A stretch of DNA of 64,000 bases. It comes from Balanoglossus misakiensis. Lineage: Eukaryota; Animalia; Hemichordata. Position numbers and translations under genes: made by a program. This document shows positions 63,550-64,000 of the stretch, piece after piece (position 1 is the stretch's first letter; every line of letters starts with the position of its first letter). The notes under the pieces were generated by a model. It did no database searches, was not told where the DNA came from, and worked only from the letters and a program-made list of their open reading frames with translations. Where the stretch lies: positions 2,702,144 to 2,766,143 of the forward strand of contig CM082588.2 of NCBI GenBank assembly GCA_040954595.2, read 5' to 3'.

Positions 63550-64000
63550 ACTTCTCTGGGCGATAACACTGAGAGAGTGTGCGTAACAATTGGTATGTTG
63601 ACAATGAGATATTGGGTTTAAGGATAATTTCCGATAAAATAAGATTAGATTATTTTATCAGAAATTATCCTATATCTCATTGTTACCTTTCCTTCCTGCT
63701 TCGGCCAACGTAACGAGCAGCCCGAGTGAGAGATAACGAGATCTCATTAAATGCAAACGACTATATTTTCCGTATTGAAAGTGGGGTTGAAAAAACCGCC
63801 CGCGGCAATTTTACGCTCAATTTATCTCCCTTTAAGAATATATTATAGCAACCATCAATAGTTCACAAAGCCATACAAATATGTTATAATTTATTCCAAT
63901 GCGTGTCGAGAAGAAAACATTCGAATTCCCAGGCCAATTGGAGCATAATTTTAAACCAACACTTTAGATTTCCCTTCGCTTGGTCAAATGTGTACCAAAG

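Overview
This is AT-rich eukaryotic DNA with short GT-AG introns. The gene content suggests a marine invertebrate deuterostome, possibly a hemichordate; that is an inference. I reconstructed about 12 spliced genes by hand, in this order: an alpha-arrestin (ARRDC-like, -); TRMT2B-like (-, apparently lacking its 3' exons); a ZAD-like zinc-finger, transposase-N-terminal-like gene (+) nested antisense in a TRMT2B intron; MEAF6 (+); OSTM1 (-); MRPS31 (+); a ~2,160-aa orphan repeat protein (-); a tectonin/tachylectin-like membrane protein (+); SNX3/12 (-); AFG1L (+); an FN3 single-pass protein (FNDC9-like, -); and RD3-like (-). The most unusual element is a 6.6-kb array of 12 near-identical ~553-bp units at 37614-44205. 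Each unit carries a tRNA-like Pol III cassette (A box, B box, oligo-T) and a palindrome cluster (three copies; partial in unit 1), and both array ends fall at the same point of the unit. Several housekeeping genes match neighbours of human FOXO paralogues, suggesting ancient microsynteny. All calls come from reading the sequence; no database searches were run.
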